From positions 408 to 64,407 of the forward strand of contig JBIOHC010000013.1 in assembly GCA_044448685.1 (NCBI GenBank): 64,000 nt of DNA, written 5' to 3'. The notes beneath the pieces are model-generated. The model made no database searches. It was not told the DNA's origin and saw only the letters and a program-made list of their open reading frames with translations. The translations under genes were made by a program, and so were the position numbers. This stretch comes from Bacteroidia bacterium (GTDB lineage Bacteria > Bacteroidota > Bacteroidia > Palsa-965). This document shows positions 31,791-40,978 of this stretch, piece after piece; the first letter of the stretch is position 1; the number at the start of each line of letters is the position of its first letter.

Positions 31791-31835
31791 CCCCAAAGTG
31801 ATCTATGATCTGCTTTGGGGTTCTCCCTTTTTATT
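31791..31835. terminator. hairpin terminator between rnpB and the convergent ABC ATPase gene
   Basis: CCCCAAAG / CTTTGGGG stem followed by TTCTCCCTTTTTATT. Confidence 0.7.
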
Positions 31836-31853
31836 AAGTTGCTATAATAACGG

Positions 31854-32510
31854 TCAGATGATCTGTCCGTCTTTCATGACAAGTTTACGGTCGGCCATAT
31901 TGGCCAGACTTTCATTATGTGTAACGATAACGAAAGTTTGCTTCAAGCGTTCTCTCAGACTGAAGAACAGCATATGAAGTTCTTTTGCTGAATTTGAATC
32001 CAGATTTCCCGATGGTTCATCGGCCATGATTACTGCCGGATCATTGATTAGAGCCCTTGCAACAGCAACCCGCTGCTGCTCACCTCCGGATAACTCAGAT
32101 GGTTTATGTGTACCCCGTTCTGAAAGGCCCATCATTTCCAGCAATGCCATTGCTTTTTTTTCCGTTTCGGCTTTTCCTCTTCCACCTATAAAAGCCGGAA
32201 TGCAGATATTTTCAAGAGCCGTAAACTCCGGAAGAAGATGATGGAACTGAAATACAAAACCGATATGGGTATTCCGGAAATGAGCCATCTTCTTTTCATT
32301 CAGTGTTGATAAGAGTGTATCTCCAATCCTCACCTGTCCCTTATCAGCCTTGTCCAGGGTGCCCAGAATATGCAAAAGGGTTGATTTTCCGGCACCTGAA
32401 GCACCTACAATTGATACAATTTCCGCCTTGCTGATATGTATATCAACACCTTTCAGCACTTCCAGCTTGCCATATGTTTTGTGTATTCCCTCTGCAATGA
32501 TCATAGTCAA
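31854..32510 (-). CDS. ABC transporter ATP-binding protein (LolD/MacB-type)
   Basis: Walker [10 protein letters not shown], signature [15 protein letters not shown], Walker B IMADEP. Confidence 0.85.
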   Translation of the reverse strand: MTMIIAEGIHKTYGKLEVLKGVDIHISKAEIVSIVGASGAGKSTLLHILGTLDKADKGQVRIGDTLLSTLNEKKMAHFRNTHIGFVFQFHHLLPEFTALENICIPAFIGGRGKAETEKKAMALLEMMGLSERGTHKPSELSGGEQQRVAVARALINDPAVIMADEPSGNLDSNSAKELHMLFFSLRERLKQTFVIVTHNESLANMADRKLVMKDGQII

Positions 32511-32570
32511 AAATAGTCATTTAATTCTTTCCGAAAATGATCGTATTTTTACATCCGATTCGGATCATAC

Positions 32571-34349
32571 ATGAAATTTATTAAGTCTTACGAATTTTTG
32601 ATCAACTGGCTGCATGATAAGCTGACCAAAAGGCAGTTCCTGATCTTTGCCAGTATCCTGGTCGGTTTAACGGCCGGACTGGCAGCCGTGATCCTGAAAA
32701 CCCTAGTACATTACATTCATTATGCAATCACTACCGATCACCATCTCCCTTATCAGTATTATTATTATTTGATTTTCCCTGTGTTGGGTTTAGTACTCAC
32801 AGCATTTATTGTAAAACGTTTTTTTCACGGTAAACAGGGTAGAGGACCGGCCAATATCATTCATTCCATTCTCAAAAAATCAGCCATTCTTCCCAAGGAT
32901 CAGATGTATTCCCAAGTGCTTACAAGTGCAATAACAGTTGGGTTTGGTGGCTCGGCAGGTCTTGAGTCGCCAATGGTGACAACCGGTTCTGCCATCGGTT
33001 CTAACTTCGGCCGCACTTATCACCTGCACTATAAGGACAGGGTCTTATTACTTGCCAGCGGAGCTGCTGCAGGTATTGCAGCTGCATTTGATTCTCCCAT
33101 TGCGGGGGTTCTTTTTGCTTTGGAAGTATTACTGACCGATGTGAGCATAACCGTGTTCATACCCCTGATTATGGCAGCGGCCACCGGGGCTCTTTGTTCT
33201 CATATTATTCTGAAGGAAGGTATTCTGCTATCCTTTCCCAAACAGATGCCTTTTAATTCTTCCAATACATTCTTTTATCTGATTCTGGGTATACTGGCTG
33301 GACTTGTCTCTGTCTATTATACCAGGATATATACCCGAATTGAGGATTTTTTTAAGACCCGTAAAGGAAAACCTTATCAGAATGCCTTACTGGGAGGTTT
33401 TATCCTTTCCTGTCTGATTATGCTGTTCCCAACTTTGTTCAGTGAAGGATATTCGGGCATCAATTCTCTTGCTGAAGGCCGGCCTGAAGATATTATCCGT
33501 AACAGTGCTTTACAGGGTTTAAGTTCCAGTCCCTGGTTCGTGCTTTTCTTTATCGGTGTGGTGATGCTTGTCAAAGTTATTGCAACATCTGTAACCATCA
33601 ACAGCGGTGGTAACGGAGGTAATTTTGCACCATCTCTCTTCACAGGGGCCTATCTGGGTTATTTTTTCTCCCGAATGATCAATCTGAGCGGTATTGCAAA
33701 ACTCCCTGAAAGCAACTTTACACTGGTTGCCATGTCCGGAATTCTTTCCGGAATCATGCATGCTCCGCTAACAGGAATCTTCCTTATCGCTGAAATAACG
33801 GGAGGTTATAACCTCATGATTCCCCTCATGCTGGTTTCTGCCACCAGCTTCCTCATCATGAAGTATTTTGAACCTCATTCCATGGAAGCAAAAAAACTGG
33901 CCAAAAAAGGTCATGTGCTCACCCATGATAAGGATAAGAGTATTCTTTCATCATTGAAAGCCGGATCGATGATTGAGACCGGATTCCATGAAATAGGTCC
34001 GGGAACATCATTACGGGATATTGTTGAAGTGGTTGCCCATTCCAGCCGAAACTTATTTCCGGTAATCAATGTACGCAAGGAATTACTGGGGGTTATCACA
34101 CTTGATAATATCCGTGAAATCATGTTCAAAACGGAGCTGTATGATACAATTTATGCGAGAGATCTGATGCGAATGCCACCTACCACCTTATCACCTTCAG
34201 AATCCATGCATTCCGTCATGAAAAAATTCGATGAAACAGGAGCCTGGAATCTGCCGGTGATACAGGAAGGTACCTATCTTGGTTTTATATCGAAAACAAG
34301 TGTATTTACCAATTACCGCCAGATTCTTAAAAAGAGCAGCCTGAGCTGA
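32571..34349 (+). CDS. ClC-family chloride channel/antiporter with C-terminal CBS pair
   Basis: ClC selectivity motifs GGSAGLESP and GGNFAPS, with a C-terminal CBS region. Confidence 0.9.
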   Translation: MKFIKSYEFLINWLHDKLTKRQFLIFASILVGLTAGLAAVILKTLVHYIHYAITTDHHLPYQYYYYLIFPVLGLVLTAFIVKRFFHGKQGRGPANIIHSILKKSAILPKDQMYSQVLTSAITVGFGGSAGLESPMVTTGSAIGSNFGRTYHLHYKDRVLLLASGAAAGIAAAFDSPIAGVLFALEVLLTDVSITVFIPLIMAAATGALCSHIILKEGILLSFPKQMPFNSSNTFFYLILGILAGLVSVYYTRIYTRIEDFFKTRKGKPYQNALLGGFILSCLIMLFPTLFSEGYSGINSLAEGRPEDIIRNSALQGLSSSPWFVLFFIGVVMLVKVIATSVTINSGGNGGNFAPSLFTGAYLGYFFSRMINLSGIAKLPESNFTLVAMSGILSGIMHAPLTGIFLIAEITGGYNLMIPLMLVSATSFLIMKYFEPHSMEAKKLAKKGHVLTHDKDKSILSSLKAGSMIETGFHEIGPGTSLRDIVEVVAHSSRNLFPVINVRKELLGVITLDNIREIMFKTELYDTIYARDLMRMPPTTLSPSESMHSVMKKFDETGAWNLPVIQEGTYLGFISKTSVFTNYRQILKKSSLS

Positions 34350-34391
34350 CAAATTTGCCTTAATTTAACATCCGTATAGGGGCGCCTGAAC

Positions 34392-36488
34392 ATGAACGAA
34401 GTTCGTGCTGCACTCAGTCGTGCCCCTTTCATCCGTTTATTCCTTCCGTTCCTTGCAGGAATACTTTGGGAATTGCATTTTCAATATTCCATTCCCGGGC
34501 TTGCCTGCTATTCCCTTATCTTATTCCCGATTCTTTTCCTGCTTCTTTTCTGTACAAATGCTTACCGTTACCTGCCTGTCTCCATAAGGACTTTCCGGCT
34601 GTTTGGGATTTTTGCTTCCGTCTTTTTATTCTGCCTGGGTTTTTTCTTCACTTTTCTTTCTACAGACAGGTTCAAACCTAATCATATCAGTGAATGTACG
34701 GAGCAGGAATATCTGGCTAAAATTCTGATTATTTCACCTCCTGCAGAGAAAACAAAAAGTTACAAAGCAACGGCAGCCGTGCTTGGAATAAGAAATAAGG
34801 GGAACTGGATTCCTGTACAAGGAAATGCAATCTGCCGGTTTCAAAAAGAGAGGAAAGCCGGTGCACTCAGATATGGGGACGAACTGGTCGTGAAAGTTCG
34901 CTTCAGGACCATTCCAGGCCCTTCAAATCCTGGTATGTTCAACTACAAGACTTATCTGGAGAACAGACAGATAACAAGACAGTTTTTTGCTGATTCGGCG
35001 CATTGGGTTTTATTAACTCAGGGAAAGGGAAATAAAATTCTCGAACTATGTGACCGTTGGCGAGTGCAACTGCTCCGGCTCATCAAACCTGCAAGCCTTG
35101 ATAAAACGGATGCAGGGGTAGGAGAGGCGCTCATCCTGGGTTATGAAGATCAGCTCGATCCTGATTTACTGAGGGCTTATTCCGGAGCGGGTGTATTGCA
35201 TGTCCTCAGCGTTTCCGGAATGCATGTAGGGCTCGTTTATATGCTTTTTTCCTCCCTGCTTTTCTTTCTTGACAGGGGACCGGTGAGCAGAATGATAAAA
35301 GCTGCGCTGACACTCCTTTTTCTCTGGTTCTATGCAGCGCTTACCGGTCTGTCACCACCTGTTGCCCGCAGCGCAGCCATGTTCAGTTTTATTGTCATTG
35401 CTCCGGTAATGAAGCGGGACTCTTACATCCTGAATACCCTCGCTGCATCCGCATTTCTGCTCTTATGTATCAACCCGTGGTATATACTGGATGCAGGCTT
35501 TGAGCTTTCATACCTCAGTGTGCTGGGTATTCTGTGCATTCAGCCTGTTCTGCTCAGGCTTTGGAAACCGAAAAATAAAATCCTCAAATGGGCATGGGAG
35601 TTAACTTGTGTTTCCATTGCGGCTCAGGCTGCCACCTTTCCCCTCGGGCTTTATTATTTCCACCAGTTTCCATGCTATTTTCTGCTTACTAACCTTGTTG
35701 TGATTCCGCTTTCCTCCTTCATCATCTATACCGGCCTCGGTCTTTTGCTGGTTGAGGGTATTCCATGGATAGGGAATGCACTCTCTGCTCTGTATGGCTT
35801 ATTACTGAAAGCGCTTAATCAAAGCGTTTATCATTTCTCCGAAATGCCCGGAGCAGCATTGGATGGCATTTACATCAGCCCTGCCGAAACCATTGCATAC
35901 TATGTGCTCGTATTCACGGCTATGCTTTATCTGGCATTCAAAACTCCTTCCCAACTGCGCCTCTTTCTTATCACAGTCCTGGCTTTTGTTTCCTGGCAAT
36001 GTGCAGAGACATTCAGTACCGGCAGGAAAAGGGTATTAATCGTTTACGACGTACCGCATCACCAGACAATGGATCTGATATCCGGGCGGGTCCATGAAAC
36101 ACTTATGGATTCGGCCTTGTCACAACAACCTTTGGTTATTCGTTTTTTTGTACTGCCTTCACGTCAGCTCTTCCGCCAAAGGCAGCAAATAAGTTATATA
36201 AAGAACCTGGGGATCATGAGTCTCGTATGGGAGCACAGGCATTTTTTATACTTTAACGGGAACATCCCCCCTGGCTCTGAAATCCTGAAAACTGATTATC
36301 TGCTTGCAGGGAAGGGGGCCGATTTACGTAAGGCAATCCTGGAACGGCGCATCTTGTTTCGTAAACTGATCATAGATGCATCCTGCTCTGCTTCAGAAAT
36401 AAAACGATGGAGAAAACTGATTACTGATCTGGAGCTGGATGCATGGATTGTTCCTGATCAAGGCGCTTATGTAGAGGTGCTTGAATAA
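34392..36488 (+). CDS. ComEC/Rec2-family membrane protein
   Basis: Polytopic membrane protein with a DUF4131-like N region and a competence domain (GVLHVLSVSGMHVG). Confidence 0.85.
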   Translation: MNEVRAALSRAPFIRLFLPFLAGILWELHFQYSIPGLACYSLILFPILFLLLFCTNAYRYLPVSIRTFRLFGIFASVFLFCLGFFFTFLSTDRFKPNHISECTEQEYLAKILIISPPAEKTKSYKATAAVLGIRNKGNWIPVQGNAICRFQKERKAGALRYGDELVVKVRFRTIPGPSNPGMFNYKTYLENRQITRQFFADSAHWVLLTQGKGNKILELCDRWRVQLLRLIKPASLDKTDAGVGEALILGYEDQLDPDLLRAYSGAGVLHVLSVSGMHVGLVYMLFSSLLFFLDRGPVSRMIKAALTLLFLWFYAALTGLSPPVARSAAMFSFIVIAPVMKRDSYILNTLAASAFLLLCINPWYILDAGFELSYLSVLGILCIQPVLLRLWKPKNKILKWAWELTCVSIAAQAATFPLGLYYFHQFPCYFLLTNLVVIPLSSFIIYTGLGLLLVEGIPWIGNALSALYGLLLKALNQSVYHFSEMPGAALDGIYISPAETIAYYVLVFTAMLYLAFKTPSQLRLFLITVLAFVSWQCAETFSTGRKRVLIVYDVPHHQTMDLISGRVHETLMDSALSQQPLVIRFFVLPSRQLFRQRQQISYIKNLGIMSLVWEHRHFLYFNGNIPPGSEILKTDYLLAGKGADLRKAILERRILFRKLIIDASCSASEIKRWRKLITDLELDAWIVPDQGAYVEVLE

Positions 36489-36531
36489 GATTGCATATTT
36501 CAAACTATCTTTGTGTCCTACCAAGGATACA

Positions 36532-37563
36532 ATGAATTTAAGGGCAGGGGATAAAGTCAGGTTTCTGGACGAAAAAGGAGAAGGGATGATTACCCGTTTC
36601 CTGGACAGGAATCAGGCTCTGGTTCAAATGACTGACGGGTTTGAAATACCCTATCTGATCTCCAAACTGGTGCATGCCGGCCCACCGCCTGCAACACAAG
36701 AGAAAACGGCAGTACCTTCACAAAATCCTGCTCCCAAAACACAATCAGTAGAAAAAACGATTTCGTCACAGGGTTTCCATACGGAAGGTGTGTACCTTGT
36801 TTACCTGCCGGTTGACGCGGCTAATCCCCTAAACGGGTTGTTTGAAGCTCTGCTCTTCAACCTTACAGCTTATCATATTCATTTTGTTATTTCCTCCCGC
36901 GAAATGGGTAAGTATTCCTGTTTGCATGCAGGAGGAATAGCCCCCGGCAAATCAATCTCCCTCCAGATGATTGGTACGGAAGATATGGAAGCCTGGTCGT
37001 CACTCCTTATCGACATTCTTTTTTACAGCTACAGCCCGGCCCCGGCTAAGCCTCCGCTGAGCCGGATTTTCAGGCAAAAACCTGCCCGGTTTTTCAAAGA
37101 TGGATCTTTTTCAGAGAACGGACTGACGGCTGAGCCGGCTATTGTTGTGGATCTTACCCGCCGTATGCAGCATGGACAGGAAGAAGAATTTTTTGAAGAA
37201 GGCGATCTGGAAAAGATCCTCAGTTCCAAAGAGCAGGCTGCCCCGAAAAAACGTTCTCTTCCAAGCACAAAGAATAATCCTGAACTCGAATGGGAGGTTG
37301 ATCTGCATCTGGAAGAACTTACTCAGCAGAGTAAAGGAATGAATAATGCCCAGATGCTGGATATCCAGCTAAGGCATTTCCAGAAAAAACTCGATGAAGC
37401 AATCGGGGCCAATATCCGGAAGATTGTATTTATACACGGTGTTGGAAATGGCAGATTGAAACAAGAGATCCGTAAAATACTTTCCACGCACCGCGACCTT
37501 GCCTTTCACGATGCTTCATATTCACAATACGGATTTGGAGCTACAGAAGTACTGCTCTGGTAA
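36532..37563 (+). CDS. Smr-domain protein (DUF2027 plus Smr architecture)
   Basis: C-terminal Smr motif VFIHGVGNGRLKQEIRKIL. The internal ATG at 36532 is preferred over the overlapping ORF-track start. Confidence 0.8.
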   Translation: MNLRAGDKVRFLDEKGEGMITRFLDRNQALVQMTDGFEIPYLISKLVHAGPPPATQEKTAVPSQNPAPKTQSVEKTISSQGFHTEGVYLVYLPVDAANPLNGLFEALLFNLTAYHIHFVISSREMGKYSCLHAGGIAPGKSISLQMIGTEDMEAWSSLLIDILFYSYSPAPAKPPLSRIFRQKPARFFKDGSFSENGLTAEPAIVVDLTRRMQHGQEEEFFEEGDLEKILSSKEQAAPKKRSLPSTKNNPELEWEVDLHLEELTQQSKGMNNAQMLDIQLRHFQKKLDEAIGANIRKIVFIHGVGNGRLKQEIRKILSTHRDLAFHDASYSQYGFGATEVLLW

Positions 37564-37574
37564 GCGTAATAAAG

Positions 37575-37772
37575 CTAGTGCTTCTTTCTTTTAAACATGA
37601 GCCAGTTCAGATGGCGTTTGTTCCTTAACCAGTGATCCTGCTTTACATACCCTTTCTTGATTTCCTCGCTGGGTTTGTGTTTGGAATGCAGGTAGGGATT
37701 ATAAGGGCTCTTGTTATGATGGCATGAGCTCAGGCAAATAAGTAAAAACAAGGAAAAGAGTAAACCCTTCAT
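37575..37772 (-). CDS. small hypothetical lipoprotein
   Basis: MKGLLFSLFLLICLSSC lipobox, basic composition, no family recognised. Confidence 0.4.
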   Translation of the reverse strand: MKGLLFSLFLLICLSSCHHNKSPYNPYLHSKHKPSEEIKKGYVKQDHWLRNKRHLNWLMFKRKKH

Positions 37773-37823
37773 GTATGTGTTTGACACCCGGTAAAAATAA
37801 CGAAAATAACAAAGGGAATAGTA

Positions 37824-39257
37824 TCAGTAGGTTCCGGTAAATTCAGGTGTCATGACATAACCGGGCAGCAAAGCATCTTCTTCCCTGAGCAGCCGGTAGC
37901 AATTAAAGAATAGCATATAATCCAGCCCGTTGTAATTACCTTTAAAGCTTTCCTTGCCAAGGCTTTGATGAGGAGGTTTATCATAAAATCTTCCGGAGGA
38001 GCCTGACCATCCGAAAGAAGCGGTATCCTTACCGCCATGAAAAAACGGGCCTTCAGGAGGAGCATTGTTCAGGATCTGCCGAATACGGGCAAGATGCAGG
38101 GAGTCGAGTAAACTGCTCCTGGTCTGCAAGGGGTGCAACAAACAATACACAGATCCGTAATAGAGATCCCATCCATAGTGATTCTCATAATAAAGGCCCA
38201 GAGCAGAGGCATTATAATCTCCGCAATACAGGATACGTTTCAGTGTCCGGCTTTTAGTACCATGTCCTTTCCATGAATCACCTACTGCGCTGAGCTCCAG
38301 CCCGAACAACAGGTTATCCTGGTTAACCCGGACTATTTTAAGTGCATATATACTTTTCCAGTACAGATGAAAAAAACGGGAGCTGAAATTTAAATAACTT
38401 TTACCGGTTATCGCTTCTCCTGCTTTGGCAAACCCGTAAGAATTGAAGATGGCTATTCCTCCTTTTGCATTACCCAGTTTGCTGCCATCCGGTCTGTGCA
38501 ATATCCAGGAATGTCCTCCGAATGGTTTATCACGCATATAATGCATAATACGCGCAGTGAGTGACAGAGCTGCGGCCCGGAAAGAATACATCCTTTCCTG
38601 ACCTGTGATGACATCGTGAAAAGAAAGGCTGTCACCCACATACGCTGCACAAAAATCCAGACCCACCAGGAGATTGGCTATATGATCCTGACTTGTGGTA
38701 TTGTTGAATTTATCTGCTACCGTATGCGGGCTGATGACATTATCCACTCTTCCGCATATACCGCTCCCTTTTGTGAAAGCGCTGTCTGTTACCCGACGGT
38801 TCAAACGTGGATTGTTATGCTGGCAGAAGTAAGCAGGAACATCAGCTTCCAGCATATAACCGGTACGTGGATTCATGCCATTGTAAATTCCCCAGCTTTT
38901 TTCCGCTTCAACGGCATTGCGGTTCAATGCCTCCAGAGCATAACTGAGTTCTGTAAGGGTATGATTGGCTTCCTGACGATGAAGGCGGAGCAAACGGTAT
39001 TCAGTACATAAGGTGCTGATATAATACCCGGCATATACAGGAGCATCCCCATAATGCATTCCGAAACCATTCCAGAGATTGCGTACTCCTGCAGGGGTAC
39101 TCTGACCTGAATCAGGGCCTACGATAACAAAATCATTGATCAGGCGCTGGCGGTAATGCCAGTATTTATGAAGGTTCTGATCTTCCGTCTGCGCAGGAAT
39201 ACGGACAGCAAGGCTGATGATAAATCCCAGAAAGAAGATGGACGGGCTGCACCTCAT
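37824..39257 (-). CDS. hypothetical secreted protein (477 aa)
   Basis: Signal peptide. Long ORF with no convincing competing frame. No family recognised. Confidence 0.6.
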   Translation of the reverse strand: MRCSPSIFFLGFIISLAVRIPAQTEDQNLHKYWHYRQRLINDFVIVGPDSGQSTPAGVRNLWNGFGMHYGDAPVYAGYYISTLCTEYRLLRLHRQEANHTLTELSYALEALNRNAVEAEKSWGIYNGMNPRTGYMLEADVPAYFCQHNNPRLNRRVTDSAFTKGSGICGRVDNVISPHTVADKFNNTTSQDHIANLLVGLDFCAAYVGDSLSFHDVITGQERMYSFRAAALSLTARIMHYMRDKPFGGHSWILHRPDGSKLGNAKGGIAIFNSYGFAKAGEAITGKSYLNFSSRFFHLYWKSIYALKIVRVNQDNLLFGLELSAVGDSWKGHGTKSRTLKRILYCGDYNASALGLYYENHYGWDLYYGSVYCLLHPLQTRSSLLDSLHLARIRQILNNAPPEGPFFHGGKDTASFGWSGSSGRFYDKPPHQSLGKESFKGNYNGLDYMLFFNCYRLLREEDALLPGYVMTPEFTGTY

Positions 39258-39300
39258 GCTTCAAAGATAAGCAGTGCAGGGGAGCTTAAACTACGCACTT

Positions 39301-40740
39301 TTACTTAATCTTCATCTTGTCGTAGCGTTCCAGGAAATCATCAATTTGTTCTGTTTCCAGGCGCTTGGCGATAATTTTTTTATGTTCATCCAGGATATAG
39401 ATGACCGGAGTGCTGTAGATATCATATTTGTGTTTGTAATGGTTCTTATTGAAAGCATCCACCACATTGATCCAGTCGAGTTTATGTTCCCGTATATATT
39501 TCCTCCAGGGAGGTAATTCAGACACACAACCTACGGCATATATTTCCACATTTCTCCTGGTTTTAATTTTATGATACAATTCCAAAAGCTTTGGGGTCTC
39601 CTTCTGACAATGTCCGCAATCCGGATCCCAGAAATAAAGAATCGTGTATTTTGCCTTTGTTGAGCGAAGGGCATAGGTATTGAAATCGTTGGTCAATCCA
39701 ACAAGGGTATCCTGCATAACGAGTTCCGGTGCCGGTTTACCGATCAGGATGGAATCAAGCTGATGGGCACGCTCCACAATCTTCCTGACCTGGGCTGCAT
39801 CAGACCAGTAAGCCTGTCCGGTTGCATAATACTTGAGGGCTTCATGCACAAAGATGGCGTCAAAGCCCATTACTTTGGATGCTTCGTAATTGGAAATCAT
39901 ATAATACACACAAAACTTAAATGTTTCCTTGTTGCCTTTGGCTTTTGAAATGATCACATCGCCTTCCTTTGCAAGAGAGTCCGGCATCTGCAGGGTCATA
40001 TTCTCCAGATACCCTTTTATTTTCGGAAAGTAGATCGGTGTCCGGAGTAAACGTTCATCGGCCATATCTATATTGTCGAAGTAATGCGCTTTGGCGAAAT
40101 GATAGGCGAAGGTGGAGTCCTTACGTCCATTTGGCATCACAGGTATTTCAGGAATTTCAATATCCAGTGTTGCTTTTAGAAATTTAGCCGTAAAGCTGTT
40201 CGGGTTCCTCGTTCTGAAATCATTCATATAGGCTTTTACTTCCTTGTCAAGACCCTGAAGGGTGTTCTCGATCAGTTTAGCCGAATCTTTGTTTGTTTCC
40301 TTGATCACTTTATAGCGCGACCGGCATTTTTCCGCCTGTTTTTGTTTCTGACTTAACCAGTTGAGGTATTCAAAGAAAAGTTTATTCTCGGCCGAGCCGG
40401 TTACTTTCATATGTCCGTTATAATCGGCGGTATCCGTTTCCAGCATAAAATGCTGGTCATTTTCCATCACCAGCAGGTCGAACAACTTCTTTTTACTCAT
40501 TACGACCATATACATTCCGGGATCCAGCTTTTTTTTGCCGTCAAACACCAATACACCGTTCTTGTCAGCTTTGGCGGTATCGATAATGTATTGCTTATCC
40601 CCGTAATAATTGGCCAGATTACAGGTGGAATCTTTGAGTTCCTTTACTTTGACTTTGATTTCATAGGTATTACCTGCATGGAGCAGGGGAGAGGAGCAAA
40701 GTACAATACCAAGTAATAAACGGGTCAGTTTTTTTTTCAT
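39301..40740 (-). CDS. TlpA-like thioredoxin-fold thiol:disulfide oxidoreductase with an N-terminal extension domain
   Basis: C-terminal thioredoxin motif FWDPDCGHCQKETP. The signal peptide starts at the internal ATG (MKKKLTRLLLGIV). Confidence 0.8.
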   Translation of the reverse strand: MKKKLTRLLLGIVLCSSPLLHAGNTYEIKVKVKELKDSTCNLANYYGDKQYIIDTAKADKNGVLVFDGKKKLDPGMYMVVMSKKKLFDLLVMENDQHFMLETDTADYNGHMKVTGSAENKLFFEYLNWLSQKQKQAEKCRSRYKVIKETNKDSAKLIENTLQGLDKEVKAYMNDFRTRNPNSFTAKFLKATLDIEIPEIPVMPNGRKDSTFAYHFAKAHYFDNIDMADERLLRTPIYFPKIKGYLENMTLQMPDSLAKEGDVIISKAKGNKETFKFCVYYMISNYEASKVMGFDAIFVHEALKYYATGQAYWSDAAQVRKIVERAHQLDSILIGKPAPELVMQDTLVGLTNDFNTYALRSTKAKYTILYFWDPDCGHCQKETPKLLELYHKIKTRRNVEIYAVGCVSELPPWRKYIREHKLDWINVVDAFNKNHYKHKYDIYSTPVIYILDEHKKIIAKRLETEQIDDFLERYDKMKIK

Positions 40741-40814
40741 AGGTTCCTGATTCTTTTGCAAAAGTACGGAATTGAAAATACTATCAAAAATCAAGCCAGT
40801 ACATTTTAAGCACA

Positions 40815-40947
40815 TCTCGACTTCGCCCGATGTGACATTATTATTACAACGCCGTGTAAACAGGCTAAAGCAATAAAACCGAATCCCGACTTCACCTTCC
40901 TATGACATATGCTTGATTCAGCATGTCAGGTCGAGCGAAGTCGAGAC
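40815..40947. repeat. inverted-repeat (MITE/REP-like) element
   Basis: Left arm TCTCGACTTCGCCCGATGTGACAT (40815-40838) and right arm ATGTCAGGTCGAGCGAAGTCGAGA (40924-40947) are 21/24 complementary. A third partial arm lies at about 40885-40908. Confidence 0.6.
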
Positions 40948-40978
40948 CGGTTTTTGAAACTATTACTTATCCGGAAGT

